Source: Octopus bimaculoides
Lineage: Eukaryota
Assembly: GCF_001194135.2 (NCBI RefSeq)
Contig: NC_069006.1
Coordinates: 2,274,623 to 2,338,462 of the forward strand
DNA length: 63,840 bases
Direction: 5' to 3'
Notes under the pieces: generated by a model
What the model was told of the DNA's origin: nothing
Database searches by the model: none
Seen by the model: only the letters and a program-made list of their open reading frames with translations
Program-made: the position numbers and the translations under genes
In this document: positions 35,882 to 50,045 of the stretch, piece after piece
How the letters are laid out: each line of letters opens with the position of its first letter
How positions within the stretch are numbered: the stretch's first letter is position 1

Positions 35882-38169
35882 AAACTTTTTTTTATTTAAT
35901 TTTATTTTCATCCGAACACCAACGTTGAATCTAACCAGGCCATCATTATGACAATGATGGTCAAGTGAGAGNNNNNNNNNNNNNNNNNNNNNNNNNNNNN
36001 NNNNNNNNNNNNNNNNNNNNNNNNNNNNNNNNNNNNNNNNNNNNNNNNNNNNNNNNNNNNNNNNNNNNNNNNNNNNNNNNNNNNNNNNNNNNNNNNNNNN
36101 NNNNNNNNNNNNNNNNNNNNNNNNNNNNNNNNNNNNNNNNNNNNNNNNNNNNNNNNNNNNNNNNNNNNNNNNNNNNNNNNNNNNNNNNNNNNNNNNNNNN
36201 NNNNNNNNNNNNNNNNNNNNNNNNNNNNNNNNNNNNNNNNNNNNNNNNNNNNNNNNNNNNNNNNNNNNNNNNNNNNNNNNNNNNNNNNNNNNNNNNNNNN
36301 NNNNNNNNNNNNNNNNNNNNNNNNNNNNNNNNNNNNNNNNNNNNNNNNNNNNNNNNNNNNNNNNNNNNNNNNNNNNNNNNNNNNNNNNNNNNNNNNNNNN
36401 NNNNNNNNNNNNNNNNNNNNNNNNNNNNNNNNNNNNNNNNNNNNNNNNNNNNNNNNNNNNNNNNNNNNNNNNNNNNNNNNNNNNNNNNNNNNNNNNNNNN
36501 NNNNNNNNNNNNNNNNNNNNNNNNNNNNNNNNNNNNNNNNNNNNNNNNNNNNNNNNNNNNNNNNNNNNNNNNNNNNNNNNNNNNNNNNNNNNNNNNNNNN
36601 NNNNNNNNNNNNNNNNNNNNNNNNNNNNNNNNNNNNNNNNNNNNNNNNNNNNNNNNNNNNNNNNNNNNNNNNNNNNNNNNNNNNNNNNNNNNNNNNNNNN
36701 NNNNNNNNNNNTATATATATATATATGAGGTCGGGTGTAAACAAAATATTAACTGAGCATGAAGTTGATCTATCATGGTTAAAATGGAATTCTACTTACG
36801 TGTGCATCTGTTTATTTATCGTTTTTTTTTTCTCATCTGTCTCTTTTGTTGCTACGCTGTTGAATACGTGGGTGAGAATTTGGTGCAGTTGCTTCGGTTG
36901 TTGTGATATATTTACTGTGTCGTCATATCATTAAAAAAAATTAAATGGAAACAAATTCGACCGTATATAGATTTACTTTCAAAGCAATGTTCCAGTAAAT
37001 CACAAACCTCTTTCTATTCTAAATATAAATCATTCTGCATCTGTTTGACCTCATTTAAAGCTGCACGTTGTGACTCTGACGGGTCTTCTGTTGCTGTATA
37101 ATTAGATCACTCGACCACAGTGTGACAGACGATGCTCAGAGGAAGTGGGTAGGTGTGTGCAAGGTGGTTGAATTGATATGCAGCTCTCTTATGTTTACTG
37201 AAGAATTTCTTTTAGAATTTCTTTGCTCTAATTATTTTAAATCGTCAACAAATTACTTAAAGGGCTGTGGCAATTGTATGAAGGGGAGTTGGCATTATTA
37301 GCCAAATTTTGGAATCAAAATATGGCAGCAGAGAAAGAGTAATATTTTGGCCCCAAAACCATTCTTCGTCTTTAGAAATGTTCTGCTTTAGTTGAGTCTC
37401 TCAGATTTCTTCTTGCTGACCTAATAAATTGCAGCTATGAATGCAAGTATAAAGTTACAAAACATTTTCAAAAAATATCAAGGAATGACTTGGAATACAA
37501 GAACAGTTGAAATTGGTACTGCTGAAAATTTTTGCATCTTCACATTGTGGAGAGTGAACATTGGGACGAAATTCAAATGTATATGTGAATGATATCTCCA
37601 TTTCTTTAAAACTTTTATTTCTTAAACGATGATTGGCATCGTATCATAAATTGATCCCCATAATTGAAACTGAAATCTACATTAAATCTCTGAATCCACA
37701 TGAATTCAGAAGGGATCGTCATGGGCTGCGAGTTTGGACATAGAAAACTGAAGATAATCAAGTTATAAAGTTAATTCGATAAAGTTGGACAGCCGGGTTT
37801 AGATTGTATTTCTGTCTTCGGAACTGCTGACCGGTTAGCGTTGATAAGGATCTCCATAGCATCACTTTTGTGAAGTTAATTGAACTTATTTTTATATGGT
37901 TTATTTCCCAATATGTTATTATCATCGTGTTTGTATCCCTCAAAAAAGAAAACAAAAATATTATCGAAAAATTGGATCCCTACAAATGCCATTTTCTTCA
38001 TAGGTAATTCCATCAGGTTTAGCTGATTTCTTTCCTTTCTACTGATTCCATTGAAGAACACAAGAGACAAAGCTTGCAATTCACAGAGGAACTGAAAGTT
38101 CTAACAATATCATCAGTTGTATATGCACAGCAAACTTACTTGACCCGTTTGTAATAGCATAACCTTTAT

Positions 38170-39620
38170 TAAGATGATATTCACCCCTGGATATTAGATT
38201 AACCCGTTGACAATAGCTTAACCACCTAATATTAATTTAATCCTTGAATATTAGATTTACTGCTTAGCATTAGATTAACCCCTGAACATTAGATTAAACC
38301 CTTCCGTGTAGACAACATTTGGCGTAAGTCTTCTTACATTTTCATTATGACGTCTACTTGTTGCTGATCTGGTAGATTCTTTTTGATCAGCAAATATTTT
38401 AAGATTCACTGGATCCCCAACTCTACTAAGAGCGACATATAGTAAGTACGGTCGAAGGCATGTAGATGCCGCACTTAGAAAGGCTTTGCCCTTGACTTTT
38501 GTTAATAGACATCGCAAAAGAAGGTCTCACTGGAAATTGGCGTCTTTTCAAAGTAAAGGGCAAATCGGTATGAGATGTTTGCAGAATAATGCAAGGAATC
38601 AAAAGTGTGCATCCTGCATCAACACCAGTTAGTTCACTTGCAGTTATTATATTATCTGACACTATAACGTGCGCCGTTGCAGTGCCCAATTCTCTGATCT
38701 AAGTTTCTTAGCAACATTATAGGAACACCCGTTTTTGATTTGATAATGTGGGGTGGCATGACACTTATATTAAGAGAATTCAGAAATTCAGGAAGATAGA
38801 AGGCAAATTGTTGATCTTCTGCAACGGAATCAATGCTCCTCAGAGTATATGTCTCACCTGGAAATTTCTGGATTATGTGGTAATTTAGATTGTCAAATTC
38901 TTTATTCTTTGTTGTTCATATTGCTCGTGATGATAACTGTTAGGCATTGTTAAAATTAACCTCTAAATCTTCATAAACATGGTTGATCAAATCTTCCTTG
39001 CTGTTGACTTGAAATTACCGAGGAATCTCTATTACATCATCAAATAATTGTCTTTGAACATTGGGGATTCTTCCATTACCAATTTGCAATAACCAAACAG
39101 AATGATATTCCAGTCGAGCTTGAGAGGTGTTATCATTAATCTGAGACAGGTTTGCACTCTCATATTAGTGGTGAGATGAAGTACTTCTCATTCGTGCCAA
39201 ATTACGGATCTTTTCAAACATGCTCCAATTAGAGAAGACCCTTGTGTTTTTCGAACCACTGGAAGCATTTGACGGAAATCACCACCTAAAATTATCAATT
39301 TGCCGCCAAAGATCAAATCGTTGTTCATTATGTCCTTCAGGGTTCGATTCAGCGCTTCAAATATATAACGATGACACATGGGTGCCTCGTTCCAAACAAT
39401 CAAGCGTGCACCGAGATATTCGCCCATAACTTGGTGACAGTTTGTCGTGGATAGCGGGTATAAATCCAAATTTTTAATATTTCTCTGAATATGGACGAAC
39501 TGTTTTTTTATTTGAATCAAGCACGATGAGATTTCAATTCAAGCAAATTGTTTCAACAATTTCTTCAAAACGATTTCAGCATAAACTTTCGGAAAATATG
39601 CTCAAAAAGAAACAAAAAAT
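38170..39620 (-). mobile_element. Helitron Rep/helicase (PIF1-type) remnant
   Basis: LIVWNEAPM…FGGKLIILGGDFRQMLPVV, RRQFPVRPSFAMSINKSQGQSL and LYVALSRV helicase motifs in broken frames. Confidence 0.9.
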
Positions 39621-39742
39621 ATTCAGTGAATCTTCTCAGATGCAAAAGCCTTTGTATCAATGATAGAAGTTTTATCTTAACTTTTTCCTGAATTCACAAA
39701 CTGACTGGTGGGAATAAAATGACCTGTTAATTATCGACTCTG

Positions 39743-39783
<41 letters not shown>

Positions 39784-39818
39784 GTGTGTGTGTATGTATG
39801 CGTTACCAGTAACATAAA

Positions 39819-39850
<32 letters not shown>

Positions 39851-40913
39851 GTCTGTCTGTCTGTTTATCACTCTCTCTTTCTCTCTTTCTCTCTCTCTTT
39901 CTCTCGCTGCCTCTTTCTCTTCCTCCACTAAAGCTACCCATCACTTTCACTCCATTTCAACCCATTTCACACTATTCAATTCTTTCACCTCTCACCCCAA
40001 CACCATTTTTTACCATACTCTGCAGCACCACATTTTTCTTGTGTACCTAGGTTTTTATCCCCCAGAGATAAAAGAGTCAATACTTTTATCTCTTGCACAC
40101 ATAAGTCTGTCTTCAGTTCATTTCTCCATTGGAATTAAGATGGCATTGCTTTCATTACTGACCAGTCCTATACTATATACACGCATGCACGCACGCACGC
40201 ACACACAAACACACGCGCGCATCTGTAATTACCTACATGTTTTCACATACCACTAAATCGAAGGAAATAATCTATTCCCTCTTTAGTGACATCAGATCTT
40301 ATGATTATGATGAACGTGTCCAAAATTTGATAAAACTGTCCACAGAAGTTATGTGAAGAATTTTTTTGTTAATAACTCATTCTCGAATTGCCTCCTTTCT
40401 CAATTAGTATACTAAACATTGTGTACAAAAGGTATAAATTCAACATAACCCTAGGCATGCCTCACCAAAATGTTACCATGGCCCACGTTGGGAATCACGG
40501 TAATATCTATTTACTGGTGGCTTTGGACAGATGGACGGACAGACGCGGCCAGGTATGACAATATTTGTATCTTATTTACACAAGGTGAGGTATAAAAATA
40601 ACCAAACTTTCTATTTCATTCCCTCCTTTCCTCTATCTAATTACTGATCGCGTCGGAAAGACGGACGGACGCGGCTCATATCATAGTATAAGATTTCATT
40701 TAGAGATAAAACGCTCTAAATTACGAGGGTAGGGTGAAAAATTCATAGGCTGAATATGAAGGAGTGATTCTAGGGTTTTGAAATCTTGCATAATATAATT
40801 TCAAACCTTTAATTACATTCGTCTTCCTTTTCGGGCGAACTGATATCTGGGGACCATTTGATACTACCTCGTATGAAAGAACCACGTGAATACTTCAATG
40901 TTATCTGACACAG

Positions 40914-40962
<49 letters not shown>

Positions 40963-41571
40963 CACATGCACATGCATAGGTAAAGTATACTCTGTTGTGG
41001 TTTTGCATTTTCCTGACCTAAAATATGTCTAGTCATTGTTCGAATCCTGGAGGTTTTCATTGAACGATTTTTTGTATTTTTAATTACATCCTCTTTAAAT
41101 TCGCATACTTCTACGCATAGTTTATGTATGTATGTATGTATGTATGCATCTATCTGTCTATTTATACGTGAAGGCGTAGCAATATGAAAAGAATTTAGTT
41201 TCTCAAAAACATGGTCCCAAGTTCAATCCCCAGCGTTGCAACTTGAGTAAATGTATTTTACAGTTGCTTCGGGTCGACGCCTTGTTTGTGGATGTGGAGG
41301 ATAGAAACTGAAAGGGGCCTGCCACATTAACACACACATACATACACACAGAAACACACACATACGCGTTGTGTGTGTTTTTATGTGTGTACATATGTGT
41401 GTACATATGTGTAAATGTGTGTATGTGCGTGCGTGTGCGTGCGTGTGCGTGCGTGTGTATACGTGGGTGTGCGTGCGTGTGGATGTACGACGGTCTTCTT
41501 TCAGTATTTACGTCCCCAAATGAAGTCATTCGACAAACGAAATCGACAGAATATGCATTCTATCTATGATG

Positions 41572-41623
<52 letters not shown>

Positions 41624-41624
41624 A

Positions 41625-41670
<46 letters not shown>

Positions 41671-41672
<2 letters not shown>

Positions 41673-42299
41673 CGAACCACTACTCCGGAAGCTGGCGACA
41701 CTGAGGGGTATCCCACGGGAGCTGGGTTGCGGGACGAGCGTGTCTGCATATGCGGACGATGTCACCGTCATAGTGTCGAGCGAAAAGCACGTCGAGATGC
41801 TAGGCGAGACACTTAAAGAATACGAAACGGTGACAGGAGCAAAAATTAACCCGGAAAAGTCTGTGGGTTTGTTACTCGGCACCTGGAGAAGCAAGCCCAT
41901 ACCGTCCAACAGCGACTCCGTAGTGGGACGCTGGACGGACGGACCGGTTAAACTGCTCGGGGTCTGGTTCAGTCCGGACCTCCAAATGGATAAGAACTGG
42001 GACGAGATCACCAGTAGAGTGATCAAAACTCAGCCAAACATGGGCCGAGAAAAAGTTATCTCTAAAAGGCCGGGCGGAGGTGGCTAATGTGTATATCGCA
42101 TCAGTCATCGATTACCGCCTGACCGTCGTGCCTTGTCCTGATGCCACTATCACAAAACTAGAACGCATACTTTTCCACTTTCTGTGGAAAGGTGGCGTTC
42201 CGATGGTGAGGCGATCCATTTGCTGTCAACAACCATTACATGGAGGACTGGGGATGCCGTGGTTAATGATGCGCAGACATGCGCTGAGACTGCGGCATC
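41671..42299 (+). mobile_element. Tx1/L1-clade LINE RT fragment, 5'-truncated, 3' end lost in a gap
   Basis: SAYADDVTV, GAKINPEKS, VKLLGVWF, FLWKG…GGLGMP; GC-rich; single frameshift near 42025. Confidence 0.9.
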
Positions 42300-42932
42300 N
42301 NNNNNNNNNNNNNNNNNNNNNNNNNNNNNNNNNNNNNNNNNNNNNNNNNNNNNNNNNNNNNNNNNNNNNNNNNNNNNNNNNNNNNNNNNNNNNNNNNNNN
42401 NNNNNNNNNNNNNNNNNNNNNNNNNNNNNNNNNNNNNNNNNNNNNNNNNNNNNNNNNNNNNNNNNNNNNNNNNNNNNNNNNNNNNNNNNNNNNNNNNNNN
42501 NNNNNNNNNNNNNNNNNNNNNNNNNNNNNNNNNNNNNNNNNNNNNNNNNNNNNNNNNNNNNNNNNNNNNNNNNNNNNNNNNNNNNNNNNNNNNNNNNNNN
42601 NNNNNNNNNNNNNNNNNNNNNNNNNNNNNNNNNNNNNNNNNNNNNNNNNNNNNNNNNNNNNNNNNNNNNNNNNNNNNNNNNNNNNNNNNNNNNNNNNNNN
42701 NNNNNNNNNNNNNNNNNNNNNNNNNNNNNNNNNNNNNNNNNNNNNNNNNNNNNNNNNNNNNNNNNNNNNNNNNNNNNNNNNNNNNNNNNNNNNNNNNNNN
42801 NNNNNNNNNNNNNNNNNNNNNNNNNNNNNNNNNNNNNNNNNNNNNNNNNNNNNNNNNNNNNNNNNNNNNNNNNNNNNNNNNNNNNNNNNNNNNNNNNNNN
42901 NNNNNNNNNNNNNNNNNNNNNNNNNNNNNNNN

Positions 42933-43310
42933 GTAGTTGTTGTGTGCCTAAAGCACAGTGGTGTATTTTTAGATCGCGAAATGTTGGGCATTTTCATCAA
43001 GTCAGAAGAGGATACTTCTTCGAAATATTTTTCAAAAACCTCACTTCTCGTTTTTGAAAGAGAGTTTTTCAACTTTTCAATCAATTTCAAGCAATCACCG
43101 GCTGTCGTGCCTGGACGCTGTAAGCTACGTGCCATTGGCTCACATACCTCAAATATATCCCCAGCGATTTTAATGCCGAACAAAATGGAAGCTTTGCCAG
43201 ATTGTTTTTCAGCAACACCAGTTTCAACTGTTCTTTTATCCCAAGTCATTCCTTGATATTTAAAAAATATTGTTTTGTAACTTTATACTTGCATTCATAG
43301 CTGGAATTTA
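42933..43310 (-). mobile_element. hAT-type transposase remnant
   Basis: FGIKIAGDIFEVCEPMARSLQRPGTTAGDCLKLIEKLKNSLSKTRSEVFEKYFEEV resembles the C-terminal half of hAT transposases. Confidence 0.7.
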
Positions 43311-44023
43311 TCATGTCAGCAACAAGAAATCTGAGAGACTCATCTAAAACAGAAAAAAACATTTCTAAAGACGTAGAATGGTTTTGGGGTCAAGATATTA
43401 CTCTTTCTCTGCTGCCATATTTTGATGTCAAACTTTGACTAATAATGCTAAATCCCCTTCATACAATTTCCATAGCCTTTTAAGTCATTTGTTGACGATT
43501 TAGAATAATGTAGGCGAAGAAATTCTAAGAGAAGTTCTTCAGTAAACATAAGACAGCTGCATATCATTTCAACCACTTTGCACACACCTACACACTTCCT
43601 CTGAGCATCATCTGTCCCACTGTGGTCGAGCGAACTACTGGTATAGCAGCAGAAGACCCATCAGAATCACAACATGCAGCCTTAAATGAAGTCAGAATAA
43701 TGGGAATCGTTTTTACATTTTGAATAGAACTTTGTGATTTACTGGAACATCGCTTTGAAAGTAAATCTATATACGGTCGAATTTATTTCCATTTACTTTT
43801 CCTCAATGACCTCATGACACAGTAAATATATAACAACAACCAAAGCAACTGCACCAAATTCTCACCCACATATTCAACAGGGTAGCAACAAAGGAGACAA
43901 ATGAAAAAAAAACAAAACAATAAATAAACAGATGCACACGTAAGCAGAATTCCTGCCACAAATTTAACCATGATATATCAACTGCATGCTCAATTGATAT
44001 CTTGTCTACATATGCGTATATAC

Positions 44024-44056
<33 letters not shown>

Positions 44057-47000
44057 GCTAGATAAATGTATGTATATATATATANNNNNNNNNNNNNNNN
44101 NNNNNNNNNNNNNNNNNNNNNNNNNNNNNNNNNNNNNNNNNNNNNNNNNNNNNNNNNNNNNNNNNNNNNNNNNNNNNNNNNNNNNNNNNNNNNNNNNNNN
44201 NNNNNNNNNNNNNNNNNNNNNNNNNNNNNNNNNNNNNNNNNNNNNNNNNNNNNNNNNNNNNNNNNNNNNNNNNNNNNNNNNNNNNNNNNNNNNNNNNNNN
44301 NNNNNNNNNNNNNNNNNNNNNNNNNNNNNNNNNNNNNNNNNNNNNNNNNNNNNNNNNNNNNNNNNNNNNNNNNNNNNNNNNNNNNNNNNNNNNNNNNNNN
44401 NNNNNNATATATATATATACTTACATATATATAACACTTTCGCTAGGTGTAAAAATCACCTAAGTGATATTAGATATCCGTAGAACTTACTGGTTTTTAT
44501 TACGTGTATCAATAACAAAGTTTTCCAATAGGTAAATAAATACAAATAAACAAAGAGTTTATTAATTTATAAATATAAATAAGAAATGGAGACTGCTGTA
44601 ATTTGTAAGATGTGCCATTTGTTTGTATAAAATATTTAAATTGAATTGAATTTATAATTGTTCAATTCATTGTTTTGCTTTCCATTTCTTAAATATATAT
44701 ATATATATATACAAAACATTTTTATATTATGTTTTCTCATTCGAATGCCCGTTCGCTAGTCTTATTGTGTTTATGTATTGTGTTTTCATTTTTTAATTTT
44801 TGAACGCTTTCAGTTTTTTCTTCTCCCAGCGTTTTAATGTTCCCTCTGTTCTCTTATGACATTTCCGCTGTTTTAAATGCTTGCACTCGCACCCACAATG
44901 ATCCTTTGGAAACTTCACTCACATTCCTTCATGAACACATTATTCATTTTCCTACTTTCGGATAAAAATAAAATTAGCAGGTTTTAGGGTCATGCATCGA
45001 GTGACCTAGAGACCCGCATGGCTGAACGGCGGCAAAAATTCTGCTTTAAGCATTCCGTATAACCCCATAATGTTTCTTTTTAGTTTTGGGGATTTTCAGA
45101 AATCCTTTACGAATCTGTGTTCCACACATGTCTGTCACTCTGAAATAATGATGTTCTTCAGTATCTTTCTCCCAATAAACATATTTAATGGCCCATTGCT
45201 GGGATTTAAGCCAAGGATTTACTTAAATTGGCTTCCATCGCCTACCCCCACCGACATCCAACTCCCACTACCAAGGTTCATATTTTTTTTACCCGGCTTT
45301 AAGCATTTCATATAACTCCTCATAGCTTTTTCCTAGTTTTTGGAATTTTCTGAATATTTTAACGAATTTGTGTTCCACACACGAAAATTCATGTTTATGG
45401 AAAAACAAAATGTAAAAATATTGCGTTATTAGGGGTTATTTGGTTGTTATTTTCAGCACATCTCACGACCACCTGATACCCTCTTTGTCACTCTGAAGTA
45501 GTGATGTTGTTCAATATCGTTCTCCCCATGAACACATTCAATGGTCTATTGCTGGTATTTAAGCCAAACTTTTGGACTGTCCGTATTTTCAAATGATTTT
45601 TTAAAACAAAATCGAAAAATTAAAAATAAATTTGTTTTTCACAGTTGTATGAATTCCAATATGTAGAATAAAAGCTTGCAAAACATTTTTAAAAATTCCA
45701 AAGAATAAAATGCTATGAGGAATTACATTGCGTGCTTAAAACAGAATTCCGCCAAAACGATTTTGAAACATTTTATCAGCGTTGTTGACGATTTAAAATA
45801 ATATAGGTGAAGAAATTCTAAAAGAAATCCTTCAGTCCACTTATTCCCCCCGCTACTCTCGTAACAGCCAGTCTACCTCCATCACCATCTTTCCTCCTGC
45901 CACCAACCGATCCCCACTGCTAACCTTCATATCGTTTCACCTGGTTCCCACCTCTCCCTCCATCACCAACCTTTACCCCAACCATCATCCTCTCCCAGTC
46001 TAAATCCTCATGCTGATCGAAATGATGCCCCCAGTTCACCCCCAAGCTGTCTTTTCTGCCCCTATACAAATCGCTATTTGAAGACCATCAAATGTCACTT
46101 GTGTAACCCATCACAGGAGCTTCGTTGGCATTACTAAGGTCCAGGCTGAAAGTTTTTCAAATTGGACATGCAACCAACGTCACTTCAGCTCCCACATACT
46201 TCCCGAGGCCGAACCTTGCTCTGATGTTCAGATTCATGTCAAGGATTTTGCAGCCGCCGTCCACATATTCATGACTGCAAACCGGTCATCAACACTTCAG
46301 TCCATTCGGTTATTGTATATCATTATGTATGCCTTACCAGAAGTCCTTGATAAACATGTGTTTGGTTAAAATTATGATCAAAGATACTCACTCATGTTAA
46401 AGCAATGGGCATACATACACAACTGTGCCCCACTGAGTCGTAAAAAAGTTTTTTCACAGAAGTGGGAGAAAAAGTTAAAGAAATTCACAAAAGTCGGTTT
46501 GTTTCCTCATGACTTTTTTTTGTTTTAAATGTGTGTTTTTAGATGAAAATTTCAACAAATACATTTTAGAGTGTGTAGATTACAATTATATCTGAATTTG
46601 ATATGAGAATAAAATATAGTGGAATAGTACACATACGTCTTAAAACACATCAAGTCTATTGCTCACCAAATTCCAAGATAATCGAAGTTTCACACCATTT
46701 TTGCTCTCTATAGATATCATGGAGAACGAAAATGAGAGAAAGAACTCAAGAAATCTATATTGTGTGCTGATATAGCTACATAATGTTTCTTATTCTGCTG
46801 CAATCACTGAGGCTATGTTATGAAGAGAAGGGACTTAACTGCGTAGATCTCTATGTAACTGATACCAGGTGTTAGCTGATCATTGTATGTTTTCGTCACT
46901 GCCCATCCATTGTTTAACCATTGTGACAGCACTCTTGCTATCTGCTAGTTATGCTTGTGTTGTGTGTCTAGTCTGATGTCTATCTGCCATTTGTCTATAA

Positions 47001-47329
47001 TTGCTAAAATGCACTGAATATTTTGTGGTGGCTTTGCTCAGAAAAAAAGCAAATAGAAGATACAATTGTTGTTAGATCCAGTTCCACACAAAATCTTGAA
47101 TGGTGACATTTTTTTTATGGCATCGGTAATATTCCAGTGAGTAGCGATTATCATGTTGAACTGGTTTCTTTTCCTGGCTATAGTCATCCGGGGTTTTTTC
47201 TTAAATATTCCTGCTTCACAAATGAAAATGTAGAATGTCAACTTTGAAAAATGTGACGAAATGATACAAGACAGGTGTGTGCTGTGCCATGTTGAAGTAC
47301 CTTAATACCGAAGATAGTAAATGAAGTCG

Positions 47330-47530
47330 TGAGCTGACAGAATTGTTAGCTGGATGAAATATTTAGCAGCATTTCACTCGTTGCTATGTTCTGAGTTCAA
47401 ATTCTGCCGAGGTCGACTTTACCTTTCAACCTTTCGGGGTCGATAAAATAAGTATCATTTGAACACTGAGATCGGTGTAATCGACTCGTCCCCTCCCCCA
47501 AAATTGCTGCCCTTGTTGAAACATTTGAAA
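47330..47530 (+). mobile_element. tRNA-derived SINE, third family (related copy on minus strand at ~20030-20220)
   Basis: B-box gagttcaaattc followed by gaggtcgactttacctttcaacctttcggggtcgataaaataagta; approximate reverse-complement match at 20030-20220. Confidence 0.65.
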
Positions 47531-48049
47531 CAATTATATTAAAGATAGTAATGACTATATATTACTCAGGTGTAAATACCTAGGTATAAGTAGAAAACTA
47601 TTCAAAGTTCAGGAGATATAGATACAGAGAGTGGTACTAGGAATATAGGGGAGTAAATGTATTGATATAGGAAACTATTTACTATATTATGGGCTGCAGA
47701 TATAATAGAAATAATACATTTCTAAATCTCTCAGAGAGATTTATGCAGTAGCAGCACAATAAAGTGATAGTATGTTGTCAACTTAATGTGACAGTCTCCA
47801 TGAAAGGGAAGAATGCTACTGTTATTTAGCCCTAGGAAACACCGTTTCTTGTTGGACTTGACACAGAAAGCTTACTTATATAATTTTGTTCGTTATCTTT
47901 AAGATTTATAGGAGGATGTCATGGTAGGAAAGTTTCTGTTCTTTTATCAAAATTAAGGGATTTCACTATATTATTTCCTTGTTTATTGATACTAAATAAA
48001 TCCGAATTTTGTGCCAGTTTGTAATCGTTATTTAGTTCTTTATAAGATA

Positions 48050-50045
48050 GAGGCTTGGAAATGATCGTCGTTATATGGATTTCACCTGAAACTCATGGGA
48101 GAAGTGTCTACCTAATGTGGATCCAAAGGAGTGACCAGCAATCCAAATAGACAGTAGCTTGGTAGACAAAGCCATGAAGGATATGAAGACAGGGAAAGCC
48201 CCCGGCCCATCAGGAATAAACGCTAAGATGCTTAAAATATCTAACGGTGTGGGTTATAGTATAGTCACTCGTATAGTCAATCAAGTTGTATACGAAGGAC
48301 TAATATCCAATGAAAGGCAAAGGTGATGCCTTAGGTAGAAATAATTACAGAGATATCAAATTTTTGGATCAGGTGGTGAGAGTTACGGAAAGGGTCATAA
48401 CCCAACTAATTAGGAAGAGAGTCTACAAGTTTGGTTTTGTGCCAGGGAGAAGGACCACTGATGCTTCATTCCTGTTACGGCAGCCGCAGGAGAAGTACCT
48501 AGCCAAAATTAAACCCCTGTACTTGGCTTTCAATGACATGGAGAAAACCTTTGATATGGTCCCCCACTCCCTTAATTTGATGGTCAATGCGAAAACTAGG
48601 GATAGACAAGTGGATAGACAGCGTTGCTATCAGTAAGGTGAGGGTCGGCAATGAGTATAGCGATGAATTCAGGGTACAAGTAGGGGTTCATCAAGAATCA
48701 GTCCACAGTCCCCTCTTGTTCATCATAGTCCTCCAGGCAATAACGGGAATTTAAGATGAGCTGCCCCTAGGAGCTTCTCTGTACTGATGTTCTTATAGTT
48801 GATTCCCCACCAGAACTAGAGAAGAAATGTTTTCGGATCCCTCCGTTTTAGATGTCGGAGATTACGAATATGCAAGAAATCACGTTTTCAAAATTTTAAA
48901 TTCAATAAGCATATAGATATGTGTATAAAGAGATAGATAGATATGAATGTCTTCCTGGGACTAAAAACAACAGTAATACTGTCTTCTATAGGACCACCAT
49001 ATTTAGTTGACAAATATATTTTATGGATAAACGGACAGGGATAAATAGATAGACAGATAAATAAATAGATGAATAAGTTCAAAATTTAAAATTGGGGAGG
49101 GGTGAAATTTGAGCCCCTTATTAAACTTCATAACATTAATTATTAAACATTGTTTGTTTCTCATAAAATGGTGTATATTTAATTTACATTAAATTATTAT
49201 TTACGATTATTTAAGGCAGATACAAGTAAAACGTAAATTCTTTTCATTTTAATGTTTTTGTCTGTATTTAATTTCGATTTGTATATGTTCGTCAATTCAC
49301 TACGATCTCTTTAAAGTAAACAAAATCAAAAATTTATATTAGTGGTGGAGAGGAGGAGGTGAAATAATTTTTATTTTTCCATATTCGTAATCTCCGATAT
49401 CTAAAACGTTGGAATCCGAAAAACATTTTTCGAAAAAAATGTATTTTTCAAGGAGAGGTATGAAACTGCATTAGCCCCGAAATTTCAAACATGGAAACAA
49501 GGTCTCAAAGAGTCTGAGAGTTAACCTAACAAAAACCAAAATCTTAGTGCATAGAAAGCGGACAGATCACAAATACTTTTGGGTAGATGGCTCTGCTCGA
49601 TCTGAAGAAAAGGCGTATAAGAAGTGCAGCAATATCAAAGGAAGGTTAACAGGGAAAAATAGTCCTTGGGTGTGGAAGGTGGACAGGTACAATAAACATT
49701 AAAAATGTACAGAAAATAGACTCCATCAAATGCTAGTGGGGAAATTTAGAAGTAGTTAATAGCTTTCGCTATCTAAGTGACCAAACCAACAGTGGAGGTG
49801 GATGCTCTGAAAGCCTAGTTGCTAGAATAAGAATAGGTTGAGCAAAGTTCAGAGAGCTTCTAACTCTGTTGGTAACAAAGGATCTCTCCCTCAGAATGAA
49901 AGGCAGACTGTATGATGTCTGGGTGGGAACAGCCATGCTTCTCAACAGTGAAACATGGGATGTGACTGCAAGGGATATCTGAAGGCTTGAAAGAAATGAA
50001 GTGAGTATGCTTTGCAGTATGTGCAATGTCAGTGTGCCTGTACGA
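48050..50045 (+). mobile_element. RTE-clade LINE RT remnant interrupted by a ~650-bp insertion
   Basis: KTGKAPGPSG, NYRDIK, FGFVPGRRTTD, LYLAFNDMEKTFDMVP, GVHQESVHSPLLFII, then LRVNLTKTK and FRYLSD…ARIRIG after the insertion. Confidence 0.9.
48830..49480. mobile_element. Non-autonomous DNA-transposon-like insertion with inverted repeats
   Basis: tttcggatccctccgttttagatgtcggagattacgaatatg (~48833) is mirrored at ~49378-49428; it splits the RTE RT. Confidence 0.6.

Larger units (their letters stand above)
22430..37530. repeat. Left arm of a large inverted segmental duplication
   Basis: Collinear reverse-complement matches, e.g. 22490/63520, 23000/61850, 25000/59750, 27480/56900, 31500/54800, 32300/50700, 33700/49800, 35500/45600, 37000/43750, 37480/43260. 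Confidence 0.9.

Noticed and set aside
39188-39520. Host PIF1 helicase gene
   Set aside because: Intronless fragments with frameshifts and stops among other TE debris fit a Helitron remnant.
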